NCBI GenBank assembly: GCA_043825735.1
Contig: JBDRRP010000145.1
Span: forward strand, 62,001 to 84,024
Source of the DNA: Pseudomonadota bacterium
GTDB taxonomy: Bacteria > Desulfobacterota > Desulfobacteria > Desulfobacterales > JBDRRP01
DNA length: 22,024 nucleotides
Reading direction: 5' to 3'
The position numbers and the translations under genes were made by a program. The notes below the pieces were generated by a model, which saw nothing but the letters and a program-made list of their open reading frames with translations, searched no databases and was not told the origin of the DNA. The stretch's first letter is position 1. Each line of letters begins with the position of its first letter. Of the stretch, positions 19,601-22,024 are shown in pieces.

Positions 19601-20399
19601 TCCCCACAGGTTCGACGGCACGCCGCCCAAATACCGGCCCGAACCGGTCTACCTGGCATCCCTGCTGAACATCACCGGCCTTCTGGCAAACACCGTGGTT
19701 GCCGCAACCCCCAACGATGCCGTATACTATTACATCAACGATCACCTGGGCACGCCGCAGAAAATGATCGATGCCCAAGGCAATGTGGTATGGGAAGCCG
19801 ATATCAAGCCGTTTGGGCAGGCGGCGATAAATGCAGACACAGTACCAAATCATTTTAGGTTTGCCGGCCAATACTTCGATAGTGAATCCTCACTTCATTA
19901 CAATTACCAACGCTACTTTGATCCAAGCGCAGGAAGATACCTCACACCGGACCCGATTGGATTTGGTGGAGGGGTTAATCTTTTTGTGTATGTCAAAAAT
20001 AATCCGCTGAATTTGATAGATTCGTATGGTTTGTGGTCTATCTGGAGTGGATCAAGCGGGGTCGCAGCCTGGGGTCCATGGGGTGGAAATGCAGGAAGTG
20101 GGTTCGCATATGATTCTGACAGGGGATTTGGCGGTTATACAACGACAGGGGCTACTCAAGGCGCTGGAGGTTCTATAGGCTACGAAGCGGGTTTCTATAC
20201 AGGCTCCATAAGTGGAGAAACAGAAGTTTTTACATTAGGTCTTGGTTTCGGTTCGGTAGGTTTCGTAACAGACTATAGAGGGAATTGGGGAATTGTGCTC
20301 GGGGTGTCAAAGGGCATCCCGGCAGAAGCTACGATTTCACAAAACAATACAATTTTTTATCCGATTTCTGATAGCGAGGAAAGCACTTGCCAGCAATAA
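13665..20399 (+). CDS. Rhs/YD-repeat polymorphic toxin-like protein (3' part of the IS-split gene; frame continues upstream to 13518)
   Basis: DUF6531-like GNPTNSATGNK..FRRSYNS..GPLGFGWTHSY; many YDxxGRL/YDxxGNL repeats; Rhs core YYYINDHLGTP..RFAGQYFD..HYNYQRYFDPSAGRYLTPDPIG..NNPLNLIDSYGL; 121-aa C-terminal extension. Confidence 0.95.
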   Translation: MRLNESANQGCGECSGTISPLLKGNPTNSATGNKYEAATDVSLPSLGYPLSFRRSYNSRSTVDGPLGFGWTHSYNTALQVVDGDHVAVLRGDGGMTPYARDATNVYRAAYGPSAGITKTFDATVFTGWELNRSDGIRNVFDTSGKLVSIVSKGLTTSLTYDANGRLSTVTDTGSGRTLSLAYTAEGRIDAITGPVTGAVPSGKYVDYDYDANGNLTDVVYADGSGFVYAYADPGDVHNLTQKSDRSGHTLTTWNYDASDRVIASYSRDLGAISFDYVNARQTVITDGYGKQVTQSIIIKDGKALASTVTGDAACTSGCGQTGPVRYAYDDHHRFTEKEYADGRIIRYGNFDSRGNAQTVIEAFGTPEERTLLYTYHPVLNAPRSVTRGSVMGSGDAAIIYDYDDDGNDTPNEAPTQLVHRMIRRGNTRDLSGTVAASEQVTVLSYNAKGQPVLVDGPRDGVADTVEFTYDPATGDLLSVVSAGAFTTTYADYDAAGRPGTITDMNGDVHAYTYDGRGRVLTVTRTADGSRTSFVYNADGEIETVTLPGGATTQFTYDSAYGRLVEMADAAGNRLAYDYDANGNRSDVGAYDAEDSRSYWMRYVYDGPGNPGKLARQINPDDTFTAYAYNAVGKVATVTDPNGKETLVDYDILGRTSHVTQPGSVVTAYSYDAHDNLTSVTDAEGQVTSYVFDDFGRVVEEVSADAGTTRYAFDAAGNMTAKTDALGITTTYTYDALSRLTGIHFPDASQDVIYTYDEGVNGVGHLTGMSDPSGSVVYRYDAQGRLSAEERTIDGLTYTTAYGFDAAGILTSMTYPDGRTVNYIPDAAGRITEVTTTVDGVTTTLASNIGYLPFGPLKQMTLGSGTVVGKTFDEAYRLTHLTAGSHMDRAYGMDAIGNITAITDALDPTRSQSFGYDDLYRLTNATGIYGAIGYTYDKVGGRLTRTENGETDTYAYVTGTHRLDSVSGVSPMQFAYDANGSTTAMGDRSLIYNQNKRLIQVVESAASLGEYVYNGNGQRVKKTANGETTVFHWDQLGNVIGESDTAGNFSAAYVYLGSARVAAIRASGATPTDIAVQVATDEGRTLSGVKVYAFTEAGSYTGKNAVTGPDGTAIFTAADFSDGRYKFRADYLGDQFWSAAAAIPGTYNIPIDIPEEATAVLVTQAGVPVSGVKVYLFSDSGSYLGQYQVTDADGRVTFVLPEGQGYQFRADLLGGRYFSGVVTIAAGQSVPVSVDTGGGMLSFTLQKAAGLPMAGVKTYLFSEAGSYLGISITTDADGKAGYPVSSGSYKIRADYLGYQYWSDAVVVASDTAAALTLPHEDVTVTVAGDNAGDIEARSGVKVYLFTAAGSYQGINATTDENGLTVFSLPASEYKVRADYLGRQFWSETFTQADAAVTIPEGDVDIMVTRLNAPLDGVPVYVFSAAGSYLGLSGASDAGSPISFRLPAGNYNFRADYLGSRYFSGNTTLIADQVNPVTVSTGGGNFTLTVQETDGVPMAGVKCYLFSAAGAYLGHQAATSAAGEAPFDLADGGYKIRVDTLGYQYWSPVFSVPAESALVYDIPHQDVAITVQTDDGSATTPAAGVKTYLFTEAGSYQNVSITTDESGLAIYHLPANAYKIRADYVSQQYWSEATIQEDKTVTIAQGIARVQVSQGASPIENVKVYAFTTTGSYLGLNCTTDASGEAVFTLPEGSYKFRADHQGSQFWATATVTAGVDTPIVLSTGGGIFALTVQTDAGAPLTNVPVYVFSTSGSYLGINAATDENGIVRFDLADGGYMFLADYLGYQHWSNICTVPGMLSDVLSLPHTDVTVTVNEVYGTDSDPLSGVKVYLFTASGAYQSVNATTDADGQVSFTLPNQNYKVRADYLGRQFWSEVFNGASEVAVDIAHGYADIHVTDLGADVQGASVYLFTETGSYLSRMQPTDAAGTVSFIVPAGAYKFRVDHGGSQYWSDVVNVLADEVTPIEMALDLLALDDTLNPHPHRFDGTPPKYRPEPVYLASLLNITGLLANTVVAATPNDAVYYYINDHLGTPQKMIDAQGNVVWEADIKPFGQAAINADTVPNHFRFAGQYFDSESSLHYNYQRYFDPSAGRYLTPDPIGFGGGVNLFVYVKNNPLNLIDSYGLWSIWSGSSGVAAWGPWGGNAGSGFAYDSDRGFGGYTTTGATQGAGGSIGYEAGFYTGSISGETEVFTLGLGFGSVGFVTDYRGNWGIVLGVSKGIPAEATISQNNTIFYPISDSEESTCQQ
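16875..19568 (+). repeat. 11 tandem ~82-aa beta-rich domains (SpaA/Cna-B/carboxypeptidase-regulatory-like) inside the Rhs gene
   Basis: Consensus GVKVYLF(T/S)xxGSYLG..TDxxG..FxLPxGxYKxRADYLGxQ(Y/F)WS counted 11 times in the translation. The fold assignment is inferred from the motif pattern. Confidence 0.9.
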
Positions 20400-20437
20400 A
20401 ATCGCCAATAAATGATCTTCCAGAGGCCAAAGCGAGT

Positions 20438-20758
20438 ATGGAGACGACGAAAAGCAGCGACCTTAAGGAAAAGGTTAGGAAGATACTATTTAGAAGAAAT
20501 ATTGCCGTGCTATCTATTTTTCTTTTTGTACCACTTGTTGGGTTAACAGATTACTTTTTTAGATCAAAAACGGTCAGCCTGTCTTTTGCCGGCCTGTTTT
20601 TATTTGTAATAGGTTTGCAGATATTTATCTTGAATTTCAGTAAGTGCCCTCGTTGTCATAAATTCTTTTTCTGGTCGAAGCTATGGGCAAACGTGTTTTC
20701 GAGCAAATGTATGAATTGTGGTCTTGGCGTAAAGGATGAAGAGGCTACAAATGGATAG
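20438..20758 (+). CDS. Small membrane protein (2 TM plus CxxC..CxxC), candidate Rhs immunity protein
   Basis: Immediately downstream of the Rhs stop, same strand, low GC. Hydrophobic IAVLSIFLFVPLVGL and LSFAGLFLFVIGLQIFIL, followed by CPRC..CMNC. Start uncertain (20387 or 20438). Confidence 0.65.
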   Translation: METTKSSDLKEKVRKILFRRNIAVLSIFLFVPLVGLTDYFFRSKTVSLSFAGLFLFVIGLQIFILNFSKCPRCHKFFFWSKLWANVFSSKCMNCGLGVKDEEATNG

Positions 20759-20795
20759 TTGAGTACACCCTTATATGGATTGTTCACATATAACG

Positions 20796-20828
20796 GCGGT
20801 TAAGGGAATTCTTCCTTAACCGCTTTTT
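20796..20828 (+). terminator. Rho-independent terminator closing the Rhs locus
   Basis: Stem GCGGTTAAGG / CCTTAACCGC followed by TTTTT. Confidence 0.8.
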
Positions 20829-20890
20829 GCTTTTATGGAGGCAGGTTCTCCGCAGGAAGGTAAGGCCCGGACACGCAGACGGTACGCCGC

Positions 20891-21376
20891 CTATTTCTGT
20901 TTTTGTCTTTCCTTGTCAAGTTCTATGTTGAAGGCGATGTTGAGTCTCATGATATCGACAATGTTTTTGAAAAAGGAAAACACGTTTATCACGGATAGGA
21001 TAAACAGTCCTCCGGAAATCGCGGCGGCGCTTTTGCTCTGCGTGATCTGCGTGATGCCAAAAGCGATGGTTGTCACCAGAAAAACCGCTATGGCTGTGAG
21101 AAATGCCCGCAGGTAATTGTTAAACGCTTTTTTCTGGTAAAGCCATTTTGCAAAATCGCTGTCGCTGCGTGAATAGAAAGTCCAGAAGAATGCAATGCTC
21201 CCTGCCAGCATGATGGCCGTGAATTTTGTTGCCCAGCTATCGGCCGTGCTTATGAAGAAGCTTGCGATCTGATCGAAATCCCAGAGCCAAAAGGAAAGGC
21301 TGTATAAAAGCCCTGCCAGTATAACTTCGGATAGATAGGCCCACAGGATCACGAGTCTGTTTTTTGCCAAGGCCAT
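20891..21376 (-). CDS. Hypothetical membrane protein (about 4 TM helices)
   Basis: 161-aa ORF with four hydrophobic stretches. Its ATG overlaps the upstream TGA (TGATG), implying translational coupling. Confidence 0.8.
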   Translation of the reverse strand: MALAKNRLVILWAYLSEVILAGLLYSLSFWLWDFDQIASFFISTADSWATKFTAIMLAGSIAFFWTFYSRSDSDFAKWLYQKKAFNNYLRAFLTAIAVFLVTTIAFGITQITQSKSAAAISGGLFILSVINVFSFFKNIVDIMRLNIAFNIELDKERQKQK

Positions 21377-21918
21377 CAGCCCTCTTTGGGATGCAGCCTG
21401 TCAATCTCCGCCGCAATGGCACTGATGACTAGCTGTGTCTCTTTAGCTTTTGCATTTGCGGCGACGCCCCGGACATAGTCTTTAAGGGCATCCAGTTTGC
21501 CTCTTGCCGCATCCTCACTGGATCTGACTTTGGTGAACTTGTTCTCTTTTATCCCCTCAAAAAGAACTTCTCCGCTTTTATAGCCTTCTTCAGCCAATGC
21601 AATCGAGGCGAATGGCCGGGCCTGTTCATCTTTTGACAATCCGCCCGGGTTCTTCATGTCTTGCAGGTACTCTCGGATGCCGCCTTTTTCTAGATCCTCG
21701 TAGAGGGATTTTGTGTATCTTGAAAGCTCGGGGTTGGGCAATCTCAAATAGACTTTTAGACGGGTGAGCCTATCAAAGGATCTAAAAAGTTTTACGATCT
21801 CGTGTTGTTCCGGGACTTCCTCCAGCAAAAGCGATGAGGCCATTTTCATCTTGATGGCGGCGTTTAACAGAATTTTTGTGGGTCGTTTGGGGGACGGACC
21901 AAGCCAAGCTATTGACAT
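21376..21918 (-). CDS. Hypothetical soluble protein, possibly DUF4747-like and 5'-truncated
   Basis: Protein-like composition (RLKVYLRLPNPELS..GGLS..AEEGY..GEV..EG) and coupled to the next gene. No RBS before 21918; the frame is closed by TAG near 21991. True start unknown. Confidence 0.6.
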   Translation of the reverse strand: MSIAWLGPSPKRPTKILLNAAIKMKMASSLLLEEVPEQHEIVKLFRSFDRLTRLKVYLRLPNPELSRYTKSLYEDLEKGGIREYLQDMKNPGGLSKDEQARPFASIALAEEGYKSGEVLFEGIKENKFTKVRSSEDAARGKLDALKDYVRGVAANAKAKETQLVISAIAAEIDRLHPKEG

Positions 21919-22024
21919 GAGGAGTAAAATTTGAAAAACTGGCCCTAAAATCGGCCTTAGGATGCTAATTTGGCCCCCAAAAATACCGTTCTAAGCAAAA
22001 CCCCCTTCCCATGGCCCGTGCGAG

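Overview
GC-rich bacterial chromosome segment. Gene content and intergenic repeats suggest a Desulfobacterota-like host, but this is inference only. The left half (1-11.3 kb) is mostly housekeeping: an AhpF-N/thioredoxin-like protein, a B12-binding radical SAM enzyme, two tandem PAP2 phosphatases, a divergent Hsp20 preceded by a sigma-54-type promoter, and topoisomerase IV parE-parC. Its intergenic spaces are packed with short tandem repeats, REP-like hairpins and MITE-like elements. The right half is an accessory locus dominated by a giant Rhs/YD-repeat gene. An IS1595-family element (12445-13517, 24-bp TIRs, 8-bp TSD TATTGGAA) splits it. Removing the IS rejoins 11996-12444 in frame with 13526-20399, giving a 2440-aa protein: signal peptide, small N-terminal domain, DUF6531-like domain, YD shell, about 956 aa of insertion (11 tandem ~82-aa beta-rich domains) inside the Rhs core just before the DHLGTP motif, DPxG autoprotease motifs, and a 121-aa Gly-rich low-GC C-terminal tip. 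A small 2-TM/CxxC candidate immunity gene and a terminator follow. The window ends with a coupled low-GC two-gene pair on the minus strand whose first gene looks 5'-truncated.
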